Assembly (NCBI GenBank): GCA_021613535.1
Contig: CP075493.1
Coordinates: 8,618,001-8,682,000, forward strand
DNA from: Adineta vaga
Lineage: Eukaryota > Animalia > Rotifera
Length of the DNA stretch: 64,000 nt
Direction of reading: 5' to 3'
The position numbers and the translations under genes were made by a program. This document shows positions 35,949 to 49,558 of the stretch, in pieces. Position 1 is the stretch's first letter. The number at the start of each line of letters is the position of its first letter. A model generated the notes under the pieces. It was not told the origin of the DNA and searched no databases. It saw only the letters and a program-made list of their open reading frames with translations.

Positions 35949-37555
35949 ATGACTGAACGTAAACGTTTGTCCGATGATACAGATGAATCTTCAATGAATA
36001 ATTCGAAAAAAATAAAACTCATTCAAACAACATTACCAGTTGGTACAACTACGCGACCTTTATGTAAATACGGTGCGAAATGTTATAGAAAACAACCAGA
36101 TCATTTACGAAATTATCGACATCCATCACTGGATAGAAAACAAGAAGAGGAAGAAGAAGAAGCTGATGACGATGAAGATTTTTCAACAACTAAACTGACT
36201 ACGTCTGTTCCAGTATCATCATCATCTAAGAAAATATCTCCTGTGAATTCATCATCGTCATCACCAGTGAAACAGACAACAGAATCAAACAATTCAAAAA
36301 TAAGTCTGATGGAATTAGCAGAATTACATGGTGAAAAATTACTTTCATATCTCTATCAAATGGAATTTCCAAATGATCTTCATGAATTCTGGAATTTTTG
36401 CTCAAATATGAATAAAACAAATCCTCAAGGTAAGTAAGAATCGTACATCATTAGAGAGACAACATTTCGAAAAATGATTTAGATGTACTGAAAAATTCAC
36501 TCAATTTGGAATTAGTTGGTCCATTCGAAATTCTTGGTAGTGCTTTGAAAACATGTAAAACATTACCCAATATGCATTTACATTATCGATACTACTACGA
36601 TACACCTGAATTTATGACTATTATTCGAACGTTGAATAAACAAAGTCAATTTCACATTGGTTATTATAGGTGAGTGACAGTTTCCTCTATTTCTAAAGTT
36701 CGAATATGCAAAGCTGAGTTATTTAGTAAAAGTTCTATTGTATACGAATATCAAACATTTGAGATAATTATTGAATTCTTATTGTTCATTATAATCGAAT
36801 TTCTTTAGAGATTCACCAGATGAATTACCATCCTTTTTGGCTTCGAACGATGCTAGTGTTAATAATCAATTCAAAATCTGTGGAGACAATATTTTTGCTG
36901 CAATCTAGTAAATTAAATCGAATCGATTGAAATAATATTACTTTCGTCTATTTCTTCAGTTCATATGCTCGTCATCTTCTTAAATCAACGGATAAATCTG
37001 ATCTGAAAAGTTTCATTTCTGATTTGGAAAATTATGCCAAAAAACATAAATTTTCTTTGGATGAAACAACATCGAAAATAACTGCTCGAAAGAAAAAAGT
37101 TAATTGTACATTATTAAATTCCTTAGGAATGGTAGTTCCATGTGAAAATGATATTGGTTATCGTCCTGTTCCATTTACTAAAGGTTAGAAGAACAAGATT
37201 TTTCATACAATCTCATATTTTCTATTTTCTTATAGATCAATTCAAAAAAGTCTGTGATAAATTTTGTAATAGTTCATCGGAAGAACTGAGTGAAAAAGCT
37301 GACGATGATTTACAACATGTTATTACATGTATACAATTTGCTAATGATGAATGTGATTATGGTGAAGGTTTAGAATTTGGTTTGAATCTTTTTTTATATG
37401 GTGCATCAAAATTGCATTCACGTGTTCTTACTCTTTTACCACTTGGATATAAATTACTTCATCGAGAACTTTATGGAGAAATTATAACAGCTCATCTTTC
37501 ATCAGGTCGTTCGAATTTAGTTGAAGAATTAAATGAAATTACAAAAAACAATTAA
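35949..37555 (+). CDS. HPF1: Histone PARylation factor 1 with an N-terminal PBZ finger (5 exons)
   Basis: CKYGAKCYRKQPDH; FPNDLHEFWNFC; LVGPFE; LHYRYYYDTPEF; HIGYYRDSP; GMVVP..DIGYRP; FANDECDYGEGLE (catalytic DE); YKLL.R...II.AHL. Confidence 0.95.
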
Positions 37556-38123
37556 TTTTCTAGAGATAAATTTTTGTACATGTTTATAATTTGTTCATTG
37601 TCATTTAGAATTTTTTTGTGTTTATTGTAAAATAGTTGGGATTGATACGGACGAGATACATAGGATAATTGAAGATATAAATCAGATTGAAGACGATTAA
37701 GATGTATGTGATCAATATCGATATTATTTTGAATAAGATTTTCATCAAAACAATGAATAAGTTCCAAGCAACGATTGGCTTGATCTTGTTCCAATTGTTT
37801 AACATAAGATTGCATTAAACGATCAAAGAATTCATCAGTTTCCATTGGCATACTCTGATGATAATGAACAAGACGTTCAATTGATCTTGCATGATTAGTA
37901 ATGATTCCTAAGAAATCAATTCTATATTTCTAATTGTTCTCATATAAACTAGATTTGAATACATACTGGGAATAATCATCCAGATCAGTTCTGTTTGTTC
38001 TAAAGTTAACTTCGGTTGATTCAAATGTTCAATTGCTTGACAAATATTTTGATAGGATTCATTTAAACGATTGGCTTGAAGAGCCATATTAGCTTGCCAA
38101 AAATATTCATCGCTAATATTCAT
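37552..38123 (-). CDS. Divergent, truncated 14-3-3-like protein (170 aa, 2 exons)
   Basis: Intron 37908-37966. QANMALQANRLNE resembles QAKLAEQAERYDE, LTLEQTEL resembles LTVEERNL, and Y...LE.....C......D..LI resembles helix 4. Confidence 0.65.
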
Positions 38124-38604
38124 AACTACATCTATAGAAAAATTTCGATTATCTAAATGTAAAGCAAAATAAAACCACGTGGGTATTGGATATCTTCTTA
38201 GTCTATTGAATTCGAATATGATTAGATTTTGTTTAACAGACAGAACGACACGTTGAACTTAGAGAAAGTGTCGTCGTTATTTTTCTTTTCTATTCTATGT
38301 TTTTTTCCTCTGTCGACGTTATATCCAGAGAATAACTAGATATCAGAGCGTTCGAAACGAACAAACAAACCAGTTTCGGTGCGTAGTTTAATGAGAGATA
38401 GAAAAGAAAAAACATAAAGAATGATGTCGACGTCGATCGACCCTCAGAATAATAGTCATAACAGTAATGGACGACCATTGAGAATTGTTTCAACAAATCG
38501 ACTCTTTACCAAAGTCAGAACTGAACAACCAACTGAAACAGGTAGATGAAATTAAAACTTTATCTTTTCAAAATTCATCTCTTTTCATAGTGTTACCATC
38601 AATA

Positions 38605-40013
38605 ATGGATACAACAAGTTTATTTTCTGACCACCACCATCACCACCATCATCATCATCATCTTGATGTCTTTCCAAAAGATGAATCTATACTTGATGAA
38701 ACAACGATGATAACAACATCGTCTTCATCACCATCATTTGGTGATTTTCATCGAAATCTATCAACATCAACATCGACTCTATCATCACCAACATCATTTT
38801 CACCATTACAACATGATCATAGTTATGGTGTATCAACTAATTCATCTTCACTTCTCCCATCACCATCATCACCTGATTTAACGATTCATAATTCAACAAA
38901 TACAAGTTCACCTGTTGTTGTTACATGGCCACAAATTAATTGTCGAGCCTTACGTCCTGATGATTATCATATGTTATTGGAATTATTATCATCAAACACG
39001 AATGCAGATTCACCACCGATTTTCTTTGGTTCAGCATTAATTGATCCAGCAACATCGACACCGTATTCAGATGCTACACGTACTCAACCAAAGAAACGTG
39101 TTCGTCCTGGTCATGTCAAACGACCAATGAATGCATTTATGGTTTTTTCACAAATTGAACGTCGAAAAATGGTTCAACTTGCACCTCATTTACCTAATGC
39201 TGATATTAGCAAGTAAGTCAAGTATTTTCTTTCATGATTTGATTTATAAAAAGATTAATATAATATGCTTTAGATGCTGTGGAGCCAAATGGAAACGAAT
39301 GTCATTACGTGAACGACAACCATATATGGAAGAATCTGAACGATTAAAACATCTACATGCCCAACAATATCCGAGCTATAAAGTAATGATTTAGCTCTTT
39401 TTCTATTGCTTTGATCGATTGGAACTTTTTTTTTAATCTATTCGTTCCTGTATAAACAATGTATCAGTTATAAACAGAAAATGCACTGTTATTGTAAACC
39501 TTTAAACATTACAAAACGATTAGATATTCTTTTGAAACGAAATCACTCTTATAACTATTTGCGTCTTTTTTTTATTAGTATCAACCACGAAAACGAAGCA
39601 AAATGACTCAATCAACAAATACATCGTCCCATCCACCTCCAGCTGCTGCTTCGTCATCATCATCACCACCCCCACCAAGTATAATGCCAAGCATTCCATC
39701 TCAAATATCAACTATTCCTAAAGAACAACCCCAAACACCACCACCATCGCTTCTTCAACCATCCTCATCCTCATCGACACCATCATCATCATCATCATTA
39801 CCATCGAATTCCAATGATCCAATATCATTATTAGTTGCAACATTATTTGATCAAAAATTAGCAATGTTTGCCAGTAATCTTCAACAATTTAATATCGATC
39901 ATCTGCAATATCATTTTACACCACCCAATACGCAATTGTATTCAACACCAACGCCGATGCCTTTTGATCCCGTGGCTTTTCTCGCTAAACAACAACAACA
40001 TCGACTAGTTTAA
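38605..40013 (+). CDS. SoxC: SoxC-like HMG-box transcription factor (3 exons)
   Basis: TPYSDAT...[31 protein letters not shown]...[25 protein letters not shown]-terminal polyHis. Confidence 0.88.
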
Positions 40014-40942
40014 AAATTGTTGAGAAAAACTTTGATATTTCATAGTTATATAAATATATACATAGTAGATACACAGAGTAGAGATTTAGAGTGATTGATA
40101 GATAACTAAAAACAAAAATTTTTACTTTCATATTTCACGTTTTATTTTATTTTGTTGTGTGTGCTATGTGATTTCTTTTTTTCTTCTCGTTATGTTTGTT
40201 TTGGATCTTGCTCTACAGTACTTTTTCTTCTATTTGTTTTGTTTTGTTTTGCGCTATTTAGTACTCCGAAGATGCACATTAAACCATATGAAAAGAAAAG
40301 AGATTTCTCATTTTTATAAGTAAAATATAGAAAACATTCAAAAAAAAACCCTCACTTTATTCATTTATCAATGAAAATCTATGATTGTACTAAAATATGA
40401 ATGGAAGTTTTTTAAAGGTTTATTTAGCAATTTCGAAAAGAAATTAGACAATTTTGTTAATAAATCGAATAGATTTCAAACATAAAATTTCATCTTCATC
40501 TTTTGTGGACATACTTATAATCGATTTATTTCACATAACATTCTGAGTTTTAGACAGAAAAAGAAAACTAAACATTTAACACTCGTTTTAATTACCATAT
40601 CAAAATGGTTTAAATTGGTGTGAGAAGAGATAAACAATATGATATGAACGAAACAAACGAAGTAAATGAATTCCTTTTTTTCTTTTCGCTTTCCTACGGT
40701 TTCTACTAGAGAAAAGAAAATAATTCAATTCGACGACTGCTATTAATATGTTCAGAAGAAAGAAGAAAGAAGAAGAAGAAAACAATACACGTGCTGCTAT
40801 TACATACATACATACATCTATTCTGTCCTTGAATTCATCGCTATCCACTTCATTTTCTTCCCTCCTCCCTATCGCATCCACTTTCATTTCCATCTTTTAT
40901 TCGTATAATACACACACGACACAACCATACGATCCTAAAATC

Positions 40943-41877
40943 ATGTTTATTTCGAAAACAATTTCAAATCCGTCAAAAAAATTAAATATCAATATACCTT
41001 CTCATTCCAAGCAAACAACATGTAAATTATTTGTTGGTAATTTAGCTACTCATACTACAAGTACGCATTTACAATCGATCTTTCATACCTATGGACAAAT
41101 TATTGAATGTGTTAAAGTACGTGAAAGATATGGTTTCGTACGATTTTCTTCAAATGACGAAGCGCAACAAGCTTTAAATGCTTGCAATGGTATACAATTA
41201 AATGGTTATCCTATGATTGTCGAATATGCTCAAAATGAAATACTTATTAGTCCAAAATCGCCACGTAATTCATGTCGATATCATTCAAAAAAATTACCGA
41301 CACCTATTCCTATTAATCAAAATGATGATATACCTTACTTGGCAGTGGAGACACATAAATATACATCTTCAACGTTAAATCCAGATGCATCAACATTTAC
41401 ATTGACTTGTTCAACAAGTGATTATTATTCTCAATCAGATCGACCATCGAGTCGTTCATCATCGGAACCATCGAATTGTTTATCACCATCAATTCTTTCA
41501 GCAACATTGCCAGTTTCATGTTCGGATGATGATGAAGATGATGAGCAAAATTATCGAAAAACTATTCATGATAAACGACAATCATTAAATGTTTTTATTG
41601 GTGATCGGATTTTGAAATTATATGGATCAAATACTGATGTTAATAATAATCATACATCCATACCATTTGATAGTAAATTTCGAATTGAATTTTTTGAAAA
41701 ACAAAAAGAAATAATCTTCGTTGTTGTTTTTTTTAACTAGATCGTGATATTGATCCACGTGATCCCATCTTTATATGGAATTTTGCCTTTTATCCTGATG
41801 TTTCTATCAGTCCATTTGTCAAACGTTCTGATATCAAAACTTTACTTGAACGTCGTGTCTCACTTTATTCTCAATAA
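40943..41877 (+). CDS. Single-RRM RNA-binding protein (RBM4/lark-like RRM), 2 exons
   Basis: KLFVGNL (RNP2), RERYGFVRF (RNP1), NG.QLNG...VEYA. Intron 41673-41740. Confidence 0.85.
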
Positions 41878-42078
41878 GTAGTATTCTTTATTTAACAAAA
41901 CTGCTGGTCAGTATATATATAAATCCCCTCTGTTACTGCGGTTGTGTGTCTTTATATTTATTAATAATAATGTTAATCGTTCTTTCGTCTTTCTAATCAT
42001 GTTGTGTGTAATACAAAATAATGTCCTACTTCTTTATTTTTTTTCAATTTATTTCTTTATATATCTGTAAATGTGTGA

Positions 42079-42098
42079 GTGTGTGTGTGTGTGTGTGT
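42079..42098 (+). repeat. (GT)10 microsatellite
   Basis: Read directly from the sequence. Confidence 0.85.
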
Positions 42099-44809
42099 GC
42101 AGATCCTATGTGTTCTGCACTACTATATTTCTTCTCAATATATGTTGAGTTTGATACTATGTTATCCGCCGCCGTCCCTTATCTTCCTATTAAATTATCT
42201 AGTAGAATTTCTTTCTCTTTTCTTTTCTTTTTCTTAATCAAAACTGTTTAAAAAACAAAGGTAACAATGTCTTCTCATTCTTTAATCTTTTCTCTTCGAC
42301 TACTTTATTTTTTTCTTTTATATATACATTCGTCTACTTAGTAATTCTAATATTTGTCGGTGTCTATGTGTGCGTCGGTGACGATGTATATTATGAAAAT
42401 TATATTAAGAATATATACGGAATGTTCTTTTCATAGATAGAAATGATATGATATTTCTTTTATTTCTCCTTTACAAAATGATAATCCTTAAAAGTCAAAC
42501 GAAGAATTTTGAAAAGTATAAATGAACAATCAATTTAAACTAGTTTGTTCAGTTTACTTTTATTAAATTTAATTCGAATGTTTGATAGATTAAGAAAGAC
42601 TATGTTGTATGGTTTTATTTTATTTTTATGACCATGCCGTGCATACTCAACATTTGATTATAGATGATTGATGACTAGATTTTTTAACTTTTCACCTGTT
42701 GTCATACCATTAGAATGACATATAACAAATGGTTACTTTATGTAATCTTCACTGTTTCGTATCTCATTTATCAAACGTAATGAGGAATTTCTTGGTTATA
42801 CTTTATTGTTTTGTGCGTGTGAAAATGTTCGTTTGTCGATCAGTTGAGAAAGGTAATGTTTATTTTTGACTCATTTTTTGTTCTTGTTTCTTTAATGAAT
42901 ATATGTTCATTTTATCATGATCATTCATTTCTCATAAATGTAAAAAGCGAATAGAAGTTTGCTTTTTGACTGATTTGATTGAATGAAGTTTGCGTTAACT
43001 TGACAAGTAAACGAGCAAGACGAGACATATAGCGAAGGGGAGAGAGAGAGAGAGAAAAAACGAGAGAACGAGAAATCGCAGCGCGATCTGTCAACATCAA
43101 TCAAGTCTTGTTGTCATAGATTTAGGTTTGTATAAAACGGACGGACGAACAAAACTCGAATTCGCTATATGCAGTTCGATCATTTATAACTATAGAGGAG
43201 GGAATAGATCTGCAGAATTTGACATTTATCGTTGTGTCTGACAATGAGAAAATTTTCAACTTATTGTGATCTATCTTATTCATGTTTTTTTTGTTCATTC
43301 TTCTCAATGGTGTCAACAGAGCAGTCGAACGATGACACTTTAATGTTTGCGAGCATGTTATGTTTGATTTATTGCATCTGAATTGTAATGATGGCTCATA
43401 AATCAAAAAAATACTTCTCTTCGTTTCTCGTTCAATCTCATTTATGATCCTTCTTCTTCTTTTTTTTCTGTCTGCTTTTGGAAAAGTCATCTTTCACATT
43501 GTCATCAAGCGTTGCCGTTTCACCAACAACGCTTCAATTCGAATATTTATGCCACGACATCTCATTCATCAAAACTTCCTATATATATATATGCCCGCGT
43601 ATACTAGTCACATCTAATTGCCCATTCATTCATTCAGCTCAGTTTCATGCAAAGAAGTTATAGAATATAGATAAACTATTCTTGTCGTCCATACGCGTGA
43701 GGAGAAAGCGAGAAGTTACTAAATTCGAAAGATATGATGATAATATACTTTAAATAAGTTTAATTTATTAGAAAGATGACACTCGACCTATAATGTCATC
43801 AAATGATCAATCTTTTCCTTTCTATATATACATATACATTTATCGTTCAAATCGGTATTGTGATCATTCTATATCTTTCTTCAATCCGTTTTCTTCTCAG
43901 TTCCTAATAATATCGATGATAGAAGTCATATTCTTAGTAAATCTAGTTGTTTCATAGTTCGAGAAAGATAGATGATGAGCATCGTTGTCATCTTCTATTG
44001 TTACTTGTCATTTAGATGAGTGACGAGTATATATACGTGCATTGCGCGACAAATCGAGCTCGTTTATCTTCATCAACATTTAGATCAAAACAGGCAGCCA
44101 ACCTGTCAGTATCAACGGTCGTTGTCGGATCGTACTACTTTCATATACTAATGAGATTGCTCGCTACCAGTTAGAAATAAGACTGCTACATACCACTCGT
44201 CATCGAATCAATCCATCAAACAATCACCTCTTTTATTTTTAGTCTTTCTTTCTTTCTTACTTGCTTTATTTGTTTCGGCAACATTTTTTACTAATCATAT
44301 ATAGACGTATATGTACATGCGTTTTACAGTAAAAAAAAATTTTCTTTCATGTGGAACCACTTGCAATATACATGTACATTTCGACATCACATGACTATTT
44401 CTTATGATTGACATTTGATTGACAGTCGAAGTTAATCAATATGACGTACCAGACTTTATTCGATCGTTCGTTTATTCCATTTCTTTTTCAGATTAGCAAA
44501 TGTTCATTTAGATATATATGCACATCTATCAAAAACCTCTAAGATTGATAGTTCGTTCAATAGAAAAATATATATATATATATATACATATTTTTCTCTT
44601 TCGCATTGTATAAAATATAATATATAGATTTGTCTATTCCTATCAATCAAACATCTACACATATATGTATAGAGCGGTAAGCATTTCTTTTGTTCTCTTT
44701 TCCTCCGACATTAACTCATCCATCACTCATTTACACGAATTATTTGTAGAAAAAAAAAGAAAAGAAAAGGCTCCTTTCGTTTTGCTATTCACTTCACGTC
44801 TATTGTAGA

Positions 44810-46297
44810 ATGACCGACAATAGCAGCGCACCTGTTGATTTACGTATCAAACGTAAACGTATCGATGTTAATGAGGACAAATTATCAACAAGAAAGAAAC
44901 CTCGTCATTATGACAATGAGATTCCGTTGGATTTATCCGTTAAACCATCTCATCAGTCTTTACAGTCAACACCAACGATATTACCATTCTATAATCCAAC
45001 AAATCTATTTTTCAATTCATCTGCTTTACTCTATGACCTATTCCTAGCAAATCTAAATGCTTACTGTCAGCAACAGGCGCAAACTGAACCGTCATTAGCG
45101 ATACCACCGATATTATCAAAATCTACTAAACAACAACAACAAGCAAGTCTTTCTTCTCGCTTTTTAAGAGAGACTTCTACGACAAGTAAACATGAATCCT
45201 ATGCTTGTTCATGTGGTGAACGATATTCAAATGTTGCCCAACTTGTTAGTCATCTTAAAATAACAAATCATCATGCTCAATTATCTTCCACACATGATGA
45301 AGTCGCAAAACTTGTTCGTGGACAAGATATCTGGTTGTCACGTGATACAAATCCGGCTAATCAAATTTTAAAATGTCTTCGTTGTTCATTATCATTTGAG
45401 ACTCTACCTGATTTAACAGCTCATATGATGAAAACAAATCATTTTACACAACTTCTTCCTTCATCATCAAATTCCTATCCACATTCGCCTACAAAACAAC
45501 AACAACAGCAACAACAACAACAGCATTCACCAACAAAATATACTTCACGTTCGACTTGTCTTGTCTGTTCACAACAGTTTGCTCGTGAAGTCGATCTTGT
45601 TGATCATTTACAACGTTTACATCAGATACGTTTTAATTGCACAACATGTGGAATGTATTTTGAAAATGAAAATCTTTATAAAGAACATTTATTAAAAGAA
45701 ATGCATCATCGAAATGGTAAAGCAACTCGAAATCGAGATTATTTTGTTCATCAATGTCGAACATTACAAAAACGACCAATAATTCAAACGAAGTAAGTAA
45801 GATTGAGTTTGTTTTTAAAAAATAAATTAACTAAAATTTAATTTAGACCGGAACGACCAAAATCTCAGTCTTCAATTGATCGGGATGTCGAACGTTTAAC
45901 ATCAGATTTAGTGGATCGTATCGTATCAGCACAAGAATCAATAACACCATCGACAACAACAAAATCTGGAAATGCTCTATCACTTTTACAAAATTTTGTT
46001 ATTCAACAAACACCATCGACCAAATTTTTAAATCAATCTACACCCGTTGATTTAAACAATAATTGTGATGATGAAAATAGTAATCAAAGTATTGCGAATT
46101 CATCTGTATCAAATGAAACAAATTCTAATGAAAATCCATTAGCATCATTAGAAAAAATGCTTGCATATTCAGCAAATTCAATTGAATTACCTTCGTCATC
46201 ATCATCATCATCAATCAATGATCATGAAACAAAAAAGAGAAAATTTGATAAATATCGATTATTTGCTGAAAAAATGCTTCGATCAACTTTATCATAG
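44810..46297 (+). CDS. tsh: Teashirt/tiptop-like zinc-finger transcription factor (2 exons)
   Basis: CtBP-binding PLDLS and PVDLR; KLVRGQDIWL...QILKCLRCSLSF.TL..LT.HM.KT.HF (tsh/tio signature); NPLASLEKM. Confidence 0.85.
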
Positions 46298-46807
46298 ATC
46301 TACTAGTTTTGCTTTTGTGTTTTATTGCTTTATATAAATCAATTATCTTTTCTTTTATGTAAAATTTGATCTATCTATCAACAGTTCAAAACAAATAGTA
46401 GGTTTTCAGTCGATCAACTGTCTAATGAATCATTGATGGTGGTATTATTGATTGTTAGAGCATAGCTAACTCGTTTTAATCGATTGAAAAGTTGGAATGA
46501 AAACAATGATAAGAAGATTACTTTTTTAGATTGACATCAATTGAAAGTAGTTATTTCAATGCTATATCGATGAACAACAAGTCGAATGTAGAAGAGAGAA
46601 TACTAGAAGAATTCTGAAATGTATGTAAAACAAGTGTGTTATTCCGTACTAATAAAAAATAAAATTGATTTTTCATTCTGTACATGATTCGGTTATAGTT
46701 TGAGTGATACGTGATTTTGTTCTCGAAAAGCAAAACAAAAAAGAATGAAAGAAGAAGAAGAAAAATCAAACTAAATGTTTTATAAATATTAAAAATAACC
46801 TCCTTAT

Positions 46808-48586
46808 TTAAGAATAGACAATTTCAAACTTTCCCAACGAACGATTTTTATCGTCAAGTGCTTGTTTGAATGTTGCAACACTAACTTGTCCATATTGATT
46901 TGTAGCTGCTGCTGTTGTCCAAGCATAAACAAAATCTTCACCTGATACATAAACATTTGCATTAGCAAATATATCACGTATTTCTTCCATCGTTCTTGGT
47001 ATTAATAAATCATCTTCTGTTAAACCACGATCACTCCAAACAGATGGTGATAAGAGAGCACCGACAATTGTATTCGAACCAATTGGTGCACGATGTTTAT
47101 GATTTGGTGTTGCAATCGCATATTGATCACTGACTTGAAGCGATGGTAAACCATACTTACGTTTAACAACAGGTTCAAGACGAAATGGTGCTTCATTTAT
47201 TTTATCATAACTTGTTTTCCAACCATCCGGTACCATTTCATCAATTTGAGAGACAAGTTTGCGTGGATAATATTTACCATCGGAACCTTCGATGAGATCA
47301 GCAATATTTAATATTGGTCGACCTTGATTATCTTTAATGGTACCAATAAAATTCGTATTATTATTATTTTTCTTTTTTTCATTATCAATAAATTGTTCTA
47401 GACCACTCGCATGTCCAGTACGATAGCAAAGAAAATTACTAAATTCAAGAAAATTTAATCGTCCATCACGATCTTGATCACATTGTTGCATTAACGCATC
47501 AATAACTCCATCGGAAACACGAAGATTAAAATTTCTTGCAATCGTATTTGTTAATTCTTGAACTGATACAAGACCATCTTGATTTGTATCATAATATTGA
47601 AAAGCTTGTAATTGAGTTTTAAATGTTTGTAAATGAAGTGAACATAATTGTGTACGTAATTTTGATATAGCAGCTTGTGATTTTTGATCAAATGTAGCTG
47701 GTACATTGGTACGTTGATGAATAATTTCACCAGCTGATAAACGATCAGATGTTGATGTTAAACCAAAACGATGATCCATTGATAAACCAGTTTCTGCAAG
47801 AAAACGACGTGTACGTATAGCTGCATTATCACTACGAGATTCATCGAATTCATTGACAATATCAGATACAACTGGTGTCGTATGATGTGAACGATTCCAT
47901 ATTAATGCTTCACGTGCATGGCGACCATCAGCATAAACTGGTGTAGGAACACCATGAGTTTGTTTACGAATTAATTCACTATTTTCATAATTACGTTCTA
48001 CTTGTTCACCTGGTTCAAAATCTTTATGACTGAAAACATACCTGAACATAAAAAAAAATAAATGTAGATACATATTTTACGATCGGTAAAAGAAACTATG
48101 TTTCCTTTTTAAAAATCCATCTTACATGCTTCGCGGTTGTTCATAATCGAATTCAATTTCTGTATGTGATTTTTTTGGATTAACAATATCTCCTGCTTTT
48201 TCACTTGATACTGTTGGCATACCAAATGTTGTTCTGTATCTATCAACAGTTGATGGCAACAACTTTTCTTGTTTAAGTCTTTGTCGATTTCTTTCATAAA
48301 CAAGTTCATTTAGATTGAATAAACGATTTTCAAAATTTGTTATCGGTTTTGGATTAATGATTTCTCCATTTTTCTCATTTCCTATATTACCTACATCACC
48401 ATGTGTCTTTTCACGATGAGTTGGATCATAAGCACGTCCTGGATGAACACGAGGTTGAGCTACATTTGGTGATGTATAATTTCGATAACGTTGTACAGTT
48501 TCTGGTGTAGAGAATTCACCTGGTTTGTCAGTTAAAACTTCCCAAAGTTGATCATGTGTTAAAGCTTGTTTTATTGTAGCTGCCAT
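46808..48586 (-). CDS. EFHB: EF-hand domain family member B (ciliary microtubule inner protein, CFAP21)
   Basis: TPETVQRYR, RVHPGRAYDP, THG, INPKP, FGMP, AGDIVNP, YVFSH.DFEPGEQ..RNY; two EF hands (YDTNQDGLVS, CDQDRDGRLNFLEF). Confidence 0.85.
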
Positions 48587-49252
48587 TGACAAAAAAAAGA
48601 AATATTGTGTTATGTTTGTTGCTTGCAACTTCTCTCGTCAATCTACTGTTTGTTCGGATGCCAAGCAACGATAAACGAACGAACGAACGAACGAAGAACA
48701 GCTTTGTCTTTTTATTCCTTCTTTTCTTTTTTGTGTTCTCAATCATTAAAACACCTGTAGTTGAGAGATTTTGTTTTGTTCCATACTTACAATTATAAAA
48801 TTTGAAACATTTCAACTATTAATTATTTCTATACGAATATTGTCAAAAACAAACAATTTGAAGGAAATTGATTGCTCTTTCCGTCAACACCATGACACGG
48901 ACTGGAAAATGCATAGTTTCAAGAGAAGAATGGAAAAATCAAATCGATCAATATAAAATTAGAGAGAAAATATGTCGGTATGATACCTAATCAAGTTTAC
49001 AAAGAAAATTGTCTACCTATAATTTCGTTTAGATTCCCGGTCTAACGACAGGATGTTGATCACTTGAATGTTCATACGATAAATCATTATTCTGTGGAAT
49101 TTTGAAAAAATGAAACAAGTTATGAAAGTTATTTTTCATCATTTGTACCTCGACAAATATTTCATATTGGAACAATTAAAGCACTGGCTCGAGGTTTCAA
49201 TCTTTTCTTAAAGATATTGTAAAGCTGATTTTGTATTTCTTATTTGTTGATT

Positions 49253-49558
49253 AGTTGTCGTCAGTCATATTATCAGACAATTTATAATTTCAATTTATTT
49301 CCAATAATCAATTCGAAAATCAAAGAAGAAGAGGAATATATTGGAATAATACCTACACGTATTCATATATTCTTAGTAATCATATCTTTAGTAATTTTTG
49401 ATTTTTATACAATAATAACAAAACATTAACAATTTCATTTGATTGAATATCTTCCCATGAAACAATTTGAAGAATTAATCAAATTCAATTCGTCTTCATT
49501 AAATTGGCCATGTTTACATTTTTCAATATCATATGGTCGTTTATGTAAATGTGTATAA
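49253..49558 (+). pseudogene. Decayed fragment of a rotifer-expanded multi-TM family (NLF...TR...CPC..SI.Y)
   Basis: YNFNLFP..IPTRIHIFLVIISLVIFDFYTI..H*QF..FEEL..SLNWPCLHFSISYG. In-frame stop at 49427; CPC changed to WPC; nothing coding follows. Confidence 0.55.
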
